Shown: piece after piece, positions 1 to 9,423 of the stretch
Layout: each line of letters begins with the position of its first letter
Position numbering within the stretch: position 1 is the stretch's first letter
Assembly: GCA_964466455.1 (NCBI GenBank)
Contig: CAYXNL010000002.1
Span: 9,964 to 73,963 of the forward strand
Source of the DNA: an uncultured Thiotrichaceae bacterium
GTDB lineage: Bacteria; Pseudomonadota; Gammaproteobacteria; SZUA-229
Reading direction: 5' to 3'
Length of the DNA: 64,000 nucleotides
Notes under the pieces: model-generated
The model's input: the letters and a program-made list of their open reading frames with translations, nothing else
What the model was told of the DNA's origin: nothing
Database searches by the model: none
Program-made: the position numbers and the translations under genes

Positions 1-15
1 TCGGTTACTATTAAT

Positions 16-1371
16 TTATAGCAGAAACAGGGTTGCCAGGCCTAGAAAAACGAACAAACCGACATTGTCAGTAATGGTGGTTAATACCACACCCCCGGCA
101 ATGGCCGGGTCAATATTCAGTTTTTGCATAACTATTGGAATTAAAACACCCGAAAAAGCGGCTACACATAGGTTAATAATAATAGCTGCCGCAATAACAA
201 TACCAATATGAACATTATGGAACCAGAATATGGTAATAGCAGCAATCACTATCGCCCAGCCGATACCGTTTAGCAGGCCGACGATAATTTCCTTGCCGAT
301 TAACCAGTTGCGATTACTTTTGCTTATCTGATCCAGCGCCAGACCACGAATAACCAGAGTGAGAGTCTGGGTGCCTGCTATGCCTCCCATGCTGGCAACG
401 ACATTCATTAAAACAGCGACTGTAACAACTTTTTGCAGGGTGTGTTCGAAATTGGACACTACCCATGATGCCATGAAGGCGGTGAGTAAATTAATACCCA
501 GCCAGATAGCGCGGCGTTTGCTACTGGGAATAATGGGTGCAAATAAATCCTCTTCCTCGGTTAAACCTGCCATACCCAGAACAGAGTGATCGGCTTCATC
601 ACGGATAACATCGACAACATCGTCAATGGTAATACGCCCCAGTAGTCTGATTTTTTCATCAACTACCGGTGCTGAAATCAGGTCATGGGTCTCGAAAGTT
701 TTGGCAACTTCATTGCTGGGTGTGCTGGCTTTGATGACCTCAGTATCACGGTTCATAACTTCAGCAACGGTCATTTCCAGATCGTGAGTGAGGATAGTGG
801 ACAATGGCAGGGTGCCGACAAAAAGATTATTGCGTGTGGTTACAAACAGGCTATCGGTGTTGTCCGGTATTTCACCAAGCAGACGCAGGTAGCGCAATAC
901 AACATCAAGTGTTACCTCGGTACGTACCGTAATAGTGTCGGTATTCATCATACCGCCAGCACAGTCTTCCGGATAGGAAAGCACCGCTTCCAGACGTTCG
1001 CGGTGTTGCGTATCAAGTGAAGTGATTACCTGTGTGGTAACACGATCGGGTAATGACTGAATAAAATCGGCCAGGTCATCGACATCCATGCCCTCAGTTG
1101 CACTCACCAGGTCATTTAAGGACATACCGTTAATCAGGGTAGAGCGGATTTCTTCCCCCAGTTGAATCAGTACTTCACCTTCTTTTTCGGGGTTGACCAG
1201 TTCCCAGATAATATTGCGTTCATTGTGTGGCAGGGATTCAAGCAAGTGGGCAATTTCAGCCGGATGTAACTCATTGAGCATGCCGCGCGCATGCTGCATG
1301 GTACCGCTATCGAGTGCCTGGGTTAGCACCTGAAGTTGTATTTCGGTTTTTTGTGAGCGATCGGGTTTCAT
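16..1371 (-). CDS. mgtE: Magnesium transporter MgtE
   Basis: 451-aa ORF. The N-terminal soluble region resembles MgtE-N/CBS and the C-terminal domain is hydrophobic with about 5 TM segments and a MgtE-like ending (GGxV...TDxxGF). Confidence 0.8.
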   Translation of the reverse strand: MKPDRSQKTEIQLQVLTQALDSGTMQHARGMLNELHPAEIAHLLESLPHNERNIIWELVNPEKEGEVLIQLGEEIRSTLINGMSLNDLVSATEGMDVDDLADFIQSLPDRVTTQVITSLDTQHRERLEAVLSYPEDCAGGMMNTDTITVRTEVTLDVVLRYLRLLGEIPDNTDSLFVTTRNNLFVGTLPLSTILTHDLEMTVAEVMNRDTEVIKASTPSNEVAKTFETHDLISAPVVDEKIRLLGRITIDDVVDVIRDEADHSVLGMAGLTEEEDLFAPIIPSSKRRAIWLGINLLTAFMASWVVSNFEHTLQKVVTVAVLMNVVASMGGIAGTQTLTLVIRGLALDQISKSNRNWLIGKEIIVGLLNGIGWAIVIAAITIFWFHNVHIGIVIAAAIIINLCVAAFSGVLIPIVMQKLNIDPAIAGGVVLTTITDNVGLFVFLGLATLFLL

Positions 1372-1437
1372 GACGGCGCTGAATCAGTTTATTTTATTTT
1401 TGCGGAGTCTATCATGTCATTATCCGCATGTTGTGAC

Positions 1438-1578
1438 TTATTACTGAAACGGATAAAAAGATGCTTATTGTTCAAAACACGCGGTGAATACCTCCATGTA
1501 AGTTCGATACCCGCATCCCTGCGGCTGACGGTCTTGAACAATAAGTATCCTTTTCATCCATCCTGTTAGTAATTATGG
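1438..1578 (+). repeat. ~140-bp imperfect palindromic intergenic repeat (MITE/ERIC/Correia-like), copy 1, more degenerate
   Basis: About 85-90% identical to 27771-27910 by eye. Shares the core cccgcatccctgcggctgacggtcttgaacaataagtatcctttt, and its arms (gataaaaagatgcttattgttca / tgaacaataagtatcctttt) form a long stem. It lies between the ptsI stop and the mgtE start. Confidence 0.7.
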
Positions 1579-1596
1579 CAGATAAAGGCTGGATAA

Positions 1597-3372
1597 TCAG
1601 TGGCTGATATTTAATTGACTGTTAAACTTCTCAATTTCTGTATCTTCATACAAGGTTAGAATAGTGCTGGTTTTCTGTTTTAATGTCTTTACATTACTTT
1701 GTAGAATAATGTTTTTTATTTCCAGCAGGGAATTTGCCTGTACACTGAAGTATTTCAGTCCCATACCCAGAAGCAGTCGTGTATATTGGGTGTCACTGGC
1801 CATTTCACCGCACATGGAAACAGGAATATTTGCTTTGTCACCTGCCTGAATGACTAGTTGAATAAGCTTTAGAACCGCTGGATTTAATGGGTTATAAAGA
1901 TAATTAACTTCCTCATCAATGCGGTCGATTGCTAATGTGTACTGGATTAGATCGTTAGTACCAATGGAGAGAAAATCCATATGTCTGGCAAAGGCATCAA
2001 TAGACAGGGCGGCAGCGGGTACTTCTATCATTGCACCGATGGGCATATTTTTATCAAAAGCCTGTTTGCGTTGTTTGAGGATGGTTTTTGCTTCATCAAT
2101 CAGGTTCAGTGTCTGATGGATTTCTTCAACATTGGTTAACATAGGAATCATCAGTCGCACCGGGCCCAGTGCCGAAACGCGCAATATAGCCAGTATCTGT
2201 GGTAAAAAGGCCTGTGGTTCTTTCAGACAGCGACGGATGGCACGCAGACCCATGGCCGGGTTGTGTGCCATAGGACCCTGATTAATGGTGTCCTGAATTT
2301 CCTTGTCAGCACCTAAATCCATGGTGCGAATAGTAATCGGTTTCCCTTTCAGTGCGGTAACCGCGCGCCTGTAGGTTTTAAAATGGGTGTTTTCATCAGG
2401 CCATGTATTGAGTTCAATAAACAGCATTTCTGTACGGTAAAGTCCGACCCCGGTATCATCATATTTTTTAATGATCTTAATATCACTCGGTCGGTCGATA
2501 TTTCCATGCAGGGTAACATTAACTTTATCCAGTGTTGTTGCTGGCTTGCCAGCCAGGTTATTGAGCAGTTTACGCTGTGTAAGTTGATTGCGGCGCAGGC
2601 GCTTATAGTGTTTAAGTGATGCCTCATCAGGGGTGTTGATTACCACACCTTTGGAGCCATCCATGATGATTTCTTCATCCTGATGAATTAATTGCCGGGC
2701 GTGGTGCAGGCCAACGATTGCGGGGATCCCCAGGTTCCTTGCCAGAATAGCAGTGTGGGACAGGGGACCACCATATTCAGTAATAAACCCGGCAATCCGC
2801 TGATGCTGAAACATAATGGTATCAGCCGGTGTCAGGTCGTCAGCAACGATAATCTTACCTTTTAGTTCGTCTGTTTTATGCGGTTGGCTAATATTGTAGT
2901 CATTTTCAACCAGGCACTTCTGAATGCGGTTAACAACATGCAGAACATCATCCTTACGAGTTTTTAGATAAGGGTCTTCCATCTCATCGAAGACCTGTAT
3001 CAGGCGTTCGGACTGTAGATGTAAGGCCCATTCAGCATTGCATGAGTTTTGCCTGATATTGGCAATGGTTCCTTCGTTGAAGGCCGGATCTTCCAGCATC
3101 AGCAGGTGGGTATCGATGAAGACAACAATATCTTCCGGTGTATTACTGGATATCTGTTTTTTGATAGCATGTAGTTGCCGACTGGCATTGGTCAATGCTT
3201 TTTTAAAGCGGGCTATTTCGGCATTAATCTGTGACTTGTCGAGTGTTTTTTGTGTGACATTAATCTGTTCGCGCGCAATGATATAGGCACGCCCGGTGGT
3301 TATGCCTTTTGAAACACCTAATCCGCTTATATATATACTCAAATGAATACTCTTTAACCTGAATTTTAGCAA
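1597..3372 (-). CDS. ptsI: Phosphoenolpyruvate-protein phosphotransferase (PTS enzyme I, no GAF domain)
   Basis: 591 aa. N-terminal phosphohistidine region (GLHARPA-like ...GGxxSHTAIxAR), PEP-utilizing TIM-barrel C-terminus (IGTNDLxQYTLAxDR, CGEMA). It sits immediately downstream of an HPr gene. Confidence 0.8.
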   Translation of the reverse strand: MLKFRLKSIHLSIYISGLGVSKGITTGRAYIIAREQINVTQKTLDKSQINAEIARFKKALTNASRQLHAIKKQISSNTPEDIVVFIDTHLLMLEDPAFNEGTIANIRQNSCNAEWALHLQSERLIQVFDEMEDPYLKTRKDDVLHVVNRIQKCLVENDYNISQPHKTDELKGKIIVADDLTPADTIMFQHQRIAGFITEYGGPLSHTAILARNLGIPAIVGLHHARQLIHQDEEIIMDGSKGVVINTPDEASLKHYKRLRRNQLTQRKLLNNLAGKPATTLDKVNVTLHGNIDRPSDIKIIKKYDDTGVGLYRTEMLFIELNTWPDENTHFKTYRRAVTALKGKPITIRTMDLGADKEIQDTINQGPMAHNPAMGLRAIRRCLKEPQAFLPQILAILRVSALGPVRLMIPMLTNVEEIHQTLNLIDEAKTILKQRKQAFDKNMPIGAMIEVPAAALSIDAFARHMDFLSIGTNDLIQYTLAIDRIDEEVNYLYNPLNPAVLKLIQLVIQAGDKANIPVSMCGEMASDTQYTRLLLGMGLKYFSVQANSLLEIKNIILQSNVKTLKQKTSTILTLYEDTEIEKFNSQLNISH

Positions 3373-3448
3373 GTCTGTTGTTTTAAAATACTACACGCTG
3401 GCTTTTTATTGCCTGCAAATAATCGGTATTTCCTCCGTGTGGTCCGCA

Positions 3449-3721
3449 TTATTCCTCCTCATTAAACCGATTGTTTATCAGGGTAACAAGAGCTTCAATG
3501 CTTTTCTCTGCATCATTGCCTTCCGCGTAAAGTGTAATTTCACTACCTTTTGCTGCGGCCAGCATCATTACTCCCATAATGCTTTTTCCATTGACCCGAC
3601 GATGGTTTTTTTCAATTTCAATATGAGACTGAAAAGATGAAGCGGTCTGCACCAGCTGTGCTGCTGCGCGTGCATGTAAACCGAGTTTGTTGACAATTTC
3701 CAGAGTACGGCTGCAAGTCAT
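3449..3721 (-). CDS. ptsH: Phosphocarrier protein HPr/NPr
   Basis: 90 aa with a GLHARAAA active-site His motif and an HPr fold signature. It lies between the EIIA-Man and EI genes. It could equally be NPr (ptsO) of the nitrogen PTS. Confidence 0.7.
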   Translation of the reverse strand: MTCSRTLEIVNKLGLHARAAAQLVQTASSFQSHIEIEKNHRRVNGKSIMGVMMLAAAKGSEITLYAEGNDAEKSIEALVTLINNRFNEEE

Positions 3722-3733
3722 ATTTTCTTCCCG

Positions 3734-4117
3734 TTAGTATTGTTGTATGCCACTTTTTCCACCTGTCATTGCTTTTGTAATTAATTGAGGAAGTTTTTCA
3801 TTACGGTAATTTAGCAGACGCAGCAGCATGGGTAAATTTAAACCGCTAATTAAGGTTGCCTGAAATTCATCCGTAAGTGTCTGGGCGATGTTCGAGGGTG
3901 TGGCACCATAAATATCGGTAATGATGATCAGCCCGGAAGCGGTATCGAGTTGTGAAATGGCTTTTACAGACTGACGGGTATAGCTTTCAACGTCAGCATC
4001 TAGCGGAATTTCCATATAGGCAATATTTTCTACCGGTTTGCGTACAATGGAGCAGGCGACTTTCAGTAGCTGTGAGACAATGCCTTCGTGGGTGATGAAA
4101 TATAATGCAACATTCAT
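3734..4117 (-). CDS. PTS EIIA component, mannose/fructose/sorbose family (regulatory, no cognate permease nearby)
   Basis: 127 aa with the EIIA-Man fold pattern (IxTHxxxxxxLL...IITDIYGATPSN). The order rapZ-EIIAMan-HPr-EI matches beta-proteobacterial ptsM-ptsH-ptsI. Confidence 0.65.
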   Translation of the reverse strand: MNVALYFITHEGIVSQLLKVACSIVRKPVENIAYMEIPLDADVESYTRQSVKAISQLDTASGLIIITDIYGATPSNIAQTLTDEFQATLISGLNLPMLLRLLNYRNEKLPQLITKAMTGGKSGIQQY

Positions 4118-4122
4118 TATGG

Positions 4123-4980
4123 TTAAGCTAATTCTCGGTGGTGCAGGGAAACATTGGACAGTATCGCTTTAAAATCATCATGTAATTGTTCAGCGATATA
4201 TACCGAACGGTGTTGGCCGCCGGTGCAACCAATGGAAACGGTCAGGTAATAACGATTTTGCCGGGCAAATTTAGGAATCAGAAAATGAAGGTAGTCACGA
4301 ATATAGTTCAGCATTTCCTGCACATCCTCCTGTGCCTGCAGAAATGCAATGACTTCCTGATCTTGACCGGTGAGGTGGCGTAGCTCTGGGATCCAGTGTG
4401 GATTAGGCAGACAGCGGACATCAAAAACAAAATCGGAATCGATGGGCGCACCATTTTTAAAGCCAAATGACTGAAACAGAATTGCCATGCCGGCATTTTC
4501 ACGATGAGCAACGAGGTCTTTGATATGGTCACGTAACTGATGAACATTAGTGAAAGTGGTATCAATGTACAGGTCGGCAGACAGTGAAACCTCTTTCAGT
4601 AGATTGCGTTCAATTTCTATGGCTTCGGACAGGGGTAGTCCTTTTCGCGTCAGTGGATGTTTTCGCCGGGTATCACTGAAGCGTTTGATTAATGTTTCAC
4701 GGTCAGCCTGGATATAAATAATTTCAATTTCAATATCATGGTGCTTTACTTTTTTTATAATTTGTCTGAATTCTCGTAGATCTTCGGCGTGGCTGCGCGC
4801 ATCAATACCTACAGCAATATTTTCGTATAAGCGTATTTTCTGGGTTAATAACTGGCTGACAAAATCAGGCAACAGACCAAGTGGCAGATTATCTACACAG
4901 TAATAATCTTCGTCTTCGAGTGTGTGTAAGGCAACCGTTTTTCCTGAACCTGATAAACCACTGATGATTATAAGTTTCAT
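4123..4980 (-). CDS. rapZ: RNase adapter protein RapZ (YhbJ)
   Basis: 285 aa. The N-terminal Walker A motif GLSGSGKT and the RapZ family pattern are conserved. It sits downstream of hprK/ptsN in the rpoN cluster. Confidence 0.85.
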   Translation of the reverse strand: MKLIIISGLSGSGKTVALHTLEDEDYYCVDNLPLGLLPDFVSQLLTQKIRLYENIAVGIDARSHAEDLREFRQIIKKVKHHDIEIEIIYIQADRETLIKRFSDTRRKHPLTRKGLPLSEAIEIERNLLKEVSLSADLYIDTTFTNVHQLRDHIKDLVAHRENAGMAILFQSFGFKNGAPIDSDFVFDVRCLPNPHWIPELRHLTGQDQEVIAFLQAQEDVQEMLNYIRDYLHFLIPKFARQNRYYLTVSIGCTGGQHRSVYIAEQLHDDFKAILSNVSLHHRELA

Positions 4981-5087
4981 GGTGGAATACTAACGAATCA
5001 TTGTCTTGAATTCTACCTGCTGATTCGTACACAGCAGGATTGTTAGATATATAGCGGTGATCATCGGTGGGGAATATATCGGACAGG

Positions 5088-6050
5088 TCAGGAGGATGTT
5101 TGTATGTCAGCGCGGGTGTTTTCTATTGCCTGTTGTTGCAGATCAATTAACTGCTGACCGGCATTGCGACCGCTGGCATGCAAAATATAGTTATGAACCG
5201 CAGCTTCAGCCAGAACAGCCAGGTTCCGACCCGGTGCAACCGGTAGCAGTGTTTCGGGGGTATCAATACCCAGAATGGTGCGGTGCCGGGTATGCCCCTG
5301 CAGACGATCCATATTACTTCGGTCTTTTATACTCATGCGTTCAAGGTGCAGGATCAGGCGCAGGTTCTTATGTAGTTTTAATGCGTTTTCACCGTACATT
5401 TCACGTATATTTAATACCCCCAGGCCACGTACTTCGAGGAAGTCTCTGAGAATGCCAGGACTTTTCCCATTAAGAATATCCGGGCCGATAACGGTAAATT
5501 CGGGGGCGTCATCAGCAATCAGTCGATGGCCGCGGGTTATCAGTTCCAGCGCCAGTTCGCTTTTACCAACACTGCTTTGTCCGGTGACCAGAACGCCTAT
5601 CCCCATGACTTCCATAAAAACACCGTGAATAATTTCTTTTTTTGAAAACATGGCATTTAAAAAATAGCGGGCGGTATCAACGACTTCGTCACTCGGCGCT
5701 TTTGTATTGAGCAGCGGGATGTTAGATGCGTTAGCGAAATTTGACAGGATATCAGGTACGGGTAGACCGTCGGCAAGAATGACGGCGACGGTTTCTCCGG
5801 AAAAGATCTGAGTAAGCGTATTTTTCCGGTATGTGTCTTCCAGACCCTGCAGGTAGTCACATTCGGTTGTACCGATTACCTGAATAATATTTTTATGAAT
5901 CAGATTCAGGTGACCAATTAAGGTGGCGTGTTCGGTTGCATTAACCTCATGCAGCGGCAGACCCGGATCTTCTGCGCCCGCTATCCATTGCAGATCTATC
6001 TTGCTGGCAAGATTAACGATAATAGATTCTGCGGAGAGGATTTCTTTCAT
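5088..6050 (-). CDS. hprK: HPr kinase/phosphorylase
   Basis: Walker A GQSSVGKSE, HprK C-terminal domain signatures (LEVRGLGV, LxAxD). The track ORF extends to 6176, but the plausible start is the Met of MKEILS at 6050, just after the ptsN stop. Confidence 0.85.
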   Translation of the reverse strand: MKEILSAESIIVNLASKIDLQWIAGAEDPGLPLHEVNATEHATLIGHLNLIHKNIIQVIGTTECDYLQGLEDTYRKNTLTQIFSGETVAVILADGLPVPDILSNFANASNIPLLNTKAPSDEVVDTARYFLNAMFSKKEIIHGVFMEVMGIGVLVTGQSSVGKSELALELITRGHRLIADDAPEFTVIGPDILNGKSPGILRDFLEVRGLGVLNIREMYGENALKLHKNLRLILHLERMSIKDRSNMDRLQGHTRHRTILGIDTPETLLPVAPGRNLAVLAEAAVHNYILHASGRNAGQQLIDLQQQAIENTRADIQTSS

Positions 6051-6060
6051 AAAGTAGCCA

Positions 6061-6546
6061 TTATGAAGCCTGCAGGTTACTGAGTGAATTGCGAGTGAGA
6101 ATACTATAGCATTCATCTGCCGTGTTTGCATTGCGCAGGGCATTGCACAATCCTGTATCGCTGAATAGAGAAGCAAGATGGGCGAGTATCTGTAGATGTT
6201 GTTCAGTGCAGCGTTCTGGAACCATTAGCCCGAAGATTAAATCGGTTGGTTTTTTATCCGGGCTGTCAAAATCAATCGCCTGTTTTAACTTGATAAAGGC
6301 ACCGATTGCCTGAGGGGTCAGGTCGGTTCTGGCATGGGGCAGGGCAACGCCCTGACCCATGCCAGTTGAACCAAGCTTTTCTCTTTCAATAAGCAGGTGA
6401 AAGATATGATTAGCATTTTTTTTCTGCTTTTCCTCAACAATATTCAGTGATAGCAGTTCTGCCATCACTTCCAACACACGTTTTTTACTGTTAACTTCAA
6501 TATTACAGATGACTGCATCGGGGAAAATCAGGCTGGATAAGTTCAT
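6061..6546 (-). CDS. ptsN: Nitrogen-regulatory PTS EIIA-Ntr
   Basis: 161 aa. Fructose/mannitol-type EIIA with the active-site region GVALPHAR, in the conserved position after hpf. Confidence 0.8.
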   Translation of the reverse strand: MNLSSLIFPDAVICNIEVNSKKRVLEVMAELLSLNIVEEKQKKNANHIFHLLIEREKLGSTGMGQGVALPHARTDLTPQAIGAFIKLKQAIDFDSPDKKPTDLIFGLMVPERCTEQHLQILAHLASLFSDTGLCNALRNANTADECYSILTRNSLSNLQAS

Positions 6547-6585
6547 CTGTTTATCTATAAGTTGCTGGTTAATAACAGGATTTAT

Positions 6586-6921
6586 TTATATTTCTTCTAC
6601 CGGATAATCACTACTGTGTTTATTGTGTAGATGATTGGTTACTTTTTCCTTATATTTCTTTACCTGGCGGTCGAGTTTGTCAGCAAGTGCGTCAATGGCT
6701 GCATACATATTTTCATCCGTATCGGTTGCATCTGCAAATATATCGTGGCCACTCACATGTAGTGTTGCTTCCGCCCGATGGCGGACATTTTCCACAGTGA
6801 GAATGACATTGATATTACCCACTTTGTCAAAATGCTTTTCCAGTCGGGATAGTTTCTCATTAACATAGTTTCTTATTGCGTCGGTAATTTCAACGTGGTG
6901 ACCACTTAGATTAATTTGCAT
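6586..6921 (-). CDS. hpf: Ribosome hibernation promoting factor (sigma54 modulation protein)
   Basis: 111 aa, S30AE/YfiA family, immediately downstream of rpoN. Confidence 0.85.
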   Translation of the reverse strand: MQINLSGHHVEITDAIRNYVNEKLSRLEKHFDKVGNINVILTVENVRHRAEATLHVSGHDIFADATDTDENMYAAIDALADKLDRQVKKYKEKVTNHLHNKHSSDYPVEEI

Positions 6922-6993
6922 AACAGGTTCTCCGTAGTTTATTAAGGATATCCAGAAATATCGCTTTCTGTTTATGGTAAATATACCAGCTTT

Positions 6994-8490
6994 CTAGGAA
7001 AGCCGTTTACGTTCATTTGAAGGCGGTATCATCATAGATTCTCTGTATTTTGCCACAGTCCGGCGGGCGATATTAATACCTTCCTTGACCAAAAAAGATG
7101 AAATTTTATTATCACTCATCGGTTTTTTAGGGTTTTCACTTTCAATTAGTTTTTTTACCATAGAGCGTATGGCAGTGGCGGAGCATTCCCCGCCATCGGC
7201 TGTGCTGACATGGCTGGAAAAGAAAAATTTAAATTCATAAATACCATTGGGCGTGTGCATATATTTGTTTGTGGTAACACGTGAAATGGTCGATTCGTGC
7301 ATTTCCAGCTCTTCGGCGATGTCGCGTAACACCATGGGTTTCATGCCTTCATCGCCATATTCAAGAAACAGTCGTTGACGTTTGACAATCGCTTCGCCAA
7401 CTCGTTGCAGTGTATCGCTACGACTTTGCAGGCTTTTCAGGAACCAGCGGGCTTCCTGCAGGCTGTTGCGTAAATAGACGGTGTCCTGTCCACGACCGGC
7501 ATTTTTTAGATGACCTTCGTATAGCTGGTTGATTTTTAACTTTGGGGCCGCTTCCGGATTAAGGCTAACGCGCCAGTTCCCATTAATCTTATGGACAAAT
7601 ATATCGGGAATAACATACTGTGCTTTGCTGCTGGAAATACTGGCACCTGGTTTTGGGTTTAGCGTTTGAATAAAGGTAACTAGCTGTTGTAGCTGATTTT
7701 CATCACAGTGTATTTTTTTTTGCAGGCGGGCATAATCGTGGCTGCCAAGTAAATCCAGATGATGGCTGATAATGGTTTGTGCGTCATCCAGCCCTTCGGT
7801 TTTTTCATCGAATTGCTCAATTTGTAATAACAGACATTCACGTAAATTACGGGCAGCAATACCAATGGGATCAAAATGTTGAATACGGTGTAATACCGCT
7901 TCTACTTCGTCTTCTTCAATATCCAGTTCGTCAATTAGGCTCTGATGGATATCTTCAACCGATTCAGTAAGATAACCATCATCATTGATCGCATCAATGA
8001 TAGCAATAGCGATCACCATGTCGGTATCACTGACCTGTGAGTTCTGCAACTGCCAGAGCAGGTGTTCATACAGGGTGTTCCCCTCAATGCTCTGGTTTTC
8101 AAGAAAATCGTTGCTATTACCATCAGTTGCGTTATTTGATGATGGGGTGGCTGTGGAGATATCGTAGGTGTCTTCCCAGTTAGCATCTACCGTCAGGTCT
8201 TCCGGTAATGACTGATTATTTTCCATATCAAGGTGTGGGTCATCCGTCTGGGTTGACGCATCATCCATACTATCACTACCGCTTTTGTCTGCATTGGTAT
8301 TATCAAGCCTGTCTTCAACACTGTTCTGGTACAGCTCTTCATCCTGCTCCAGCATTGGGTTTTCTTCCAGTGCCTGCTGGATTTCGGCCTGTAATTCAAT
8401 GGTTGATAGTTGTAACAGACGAATTGCCTGTTGCAACTGTGGTGTCATGGTAAGGCTCTGACTAAGTTTTATCTGAAGTGATGGCTTCAT
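6994..8490 (-). CDS. rpoN: RNA polymerase sigma-54 factor
   Basis: 498 aa. Gln-rich N-terminus, acidic region, and a C-terminal RpoN box (ARRTVAKYRE) with an HTH. Confidence 0.9.
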   Translation of the reverse strand: MKPSLQIKLSQSLTMTPQLQQAIRLLQLSTIELQAEIQQALEENPMLEQDEELYQNSVEDRLDNTNADKSGSDSMDDASTQTDDPHLDMENNQSLPEDLTVDANWEDTYDISTATPSSNNATDGNSNDFLENQSIEGNTLYEHLLWQLQNSQVSDTDMVIAIAIIDAINDDGYLTESVEDIHQSLIDELDIEEDEVEAVLHRIQHFDPIGIAARNLRECLLLQIEQFDEKTEGLDDAQTIISHHLDLLGSHDYARLQKKIHCDENQLQQLVTFIQTLNPKPGASISSSKAQYVIPDIFVHKINGNWRVSLNPEAAPKLKINQLYEGHLKNAGRGQDTVYLRNSLQEARWFLKSLQSRSDTLQRVGEAIVKRQRLFLEYGDEGMKPMVLRDIAEELEMHESTISRVTTNKYMHTPNGIYEFKFFFSSHVSTADGGECSATAIRSMVKKLIESENPKKPMSDNKISSFLVKEGINIARRTVAKYRESMMIPPSNERKRLS

Positions 8491-8621
8491 GCGTTACTTA
8501 CATTCCATAGATTCAGGGGTATGGCATACAGGTAGAACCGGATATGCGTTAGGGGGTGCAATGTCATTGTGTTTAATACCTGAGTCTCCATTGGTTTAAT
8601 TTACTCGAAACTTATCCTTAT

Positions 8622-9368
8622 TTATAGTCGAAAATCACGACCAAGGTAAACATCGCGCACTTCCTGGTTAGAAAGAACTTCATCTGGCTGTCCCTGGGCG
8701 ATGATTTTGCCATTACTTAATATATAAGCCCGGTTACAGATGCCAAGGGTTTCCCGTACATTATGGTCGGTAATCAGTACACCTATATTGCGTTCGATCA
8801 AATGGGTGACGATTTTCTGAATTTCAATCACCGAGATAGGATCGACACCGGCAAAGGGTTCGTCGAGCAGGATAAAGGCGGGGCGGGTCGCCAGTGCACG
8901 GGCAATTTCTACCCGTCTGCGTTCACCCCCGGACAGGCTCATGCCGGTATTATTACGAATATGACTAATTTGCAGGTCATCAAGCAGTGATTCGAGTTGC
9001 TGAGTTCGCTGTTTTTTATCAAGCTCTTTTTTAACTTCCAGTACCGCAAGAATATTTTCTTCGACAGTGAGTTTGCGAAAAACGGAAGCTTCCTGAGGTA
9101 AATATCCTATGCCACGCTGTGCCCGGGCATGCATGGGCAGGCGGGTAATATCATTCTGGTTAAGATAGATACTGCCTTTATCTGCCATTATCAGCCCTAC
9201 CATCATATAAAAACTGGTGGTCTTACCAGCGCCATTCGGACCGAGCAGTCCCACTACCTCACCGCTACTCACTTCGAGGGAAACATCGTTAACAACGTTA
9301 CGTGACTTATAAGCTTTGACCAGGTTGTGAGCGCTTAGTTTTGACAAATTACTTATCCAGATTCTCAT
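8622..9368 (-). CDS. lptB: LPS export ABC transporter ATP-binding protein LptB
   Basis: ABC ATPase motifs ([33 protein letters not shown]) and the position upstream of rpoN. The true start may be a TTG about 20 nt inside the ORF. Confidence 0.85.
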   Translation of the reverse strand: MRIWISNLSKLSAHNLVKAYKSRNVVNDVSLEVSSGEVVGLLGPNGAGKTTSFYMMVGLIMADKGSIYLNQNDITRLPMHARAQRGIGYLPQEASVFRKLTVEENILAVLEVKKELDKKQRTQQLESLLDDLQISHIRNNTGMSLSGGERRRVEIARALATRPAFILLDEPFAGVDPISVIEIQKIVTHLIERNIGVLITDHNVRETLGICNRAYILSNGKIIAQGQPDEVLSNQEVRDVYLGRDFRL

Positions 9369-9423
9369 CTCACCCTGTGTTTATTTAAGTAGGGCAAGCG
9401 GTTATTGTGTGATTATTAGGGTG

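Noticed and set aside
685-1020. 111-aa plus-strand ORF, and many other 60-160-aa ORFs on the opposite strand of large genes (for example 1664-1849, 2383-2619, 5057-5449, 12343-13227, 38121-38555, 38713-39291, 42629-43529, 50817-51477)
   Set aside because: Each lies entirely antisense or out of frame inside a well-supported conserved gene. They have no RBS context and show low-complexity, Cys/Arg-rich or biased composition typical of shadow ORFs.
1490-1530. tRNA-like look of the repeat core (gttcgatacccgcatccctgcgg resembles a T-arm)
   Set aside because: The loop is 4 nt (tccc), not the 7-nt TPsiC loop. No acceptor or anticodon arms can be drawn. The same sequence recurs as part of a larger palindromic repeat.
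4981-5087. Nested inverted repeats ACGAATCA...TGATTCGT and CCTGCTG-N9-CAGCAGG between hprK and rapZ
   Set aside because: Short stems, no T-run, and plausibly just an mRNA stability hairpin. It is too weak to call a terminator or operator without expression data.
5088-6176. N-terminal extension of hprK (42 extra codons), which would overlap ptsN
   Set aside because: The conserved HprK sequence and a clean start right after the ptsN stop support ATG 6050. The extension is Cys/Met-rich with no homology.
8491-8621. 131-bp rpoN-lptB gap as a possible sRNA locus
   Set aside because: No promoter/terminator pair or structured repeat is visible. It is more likely the rpoN promoter region.
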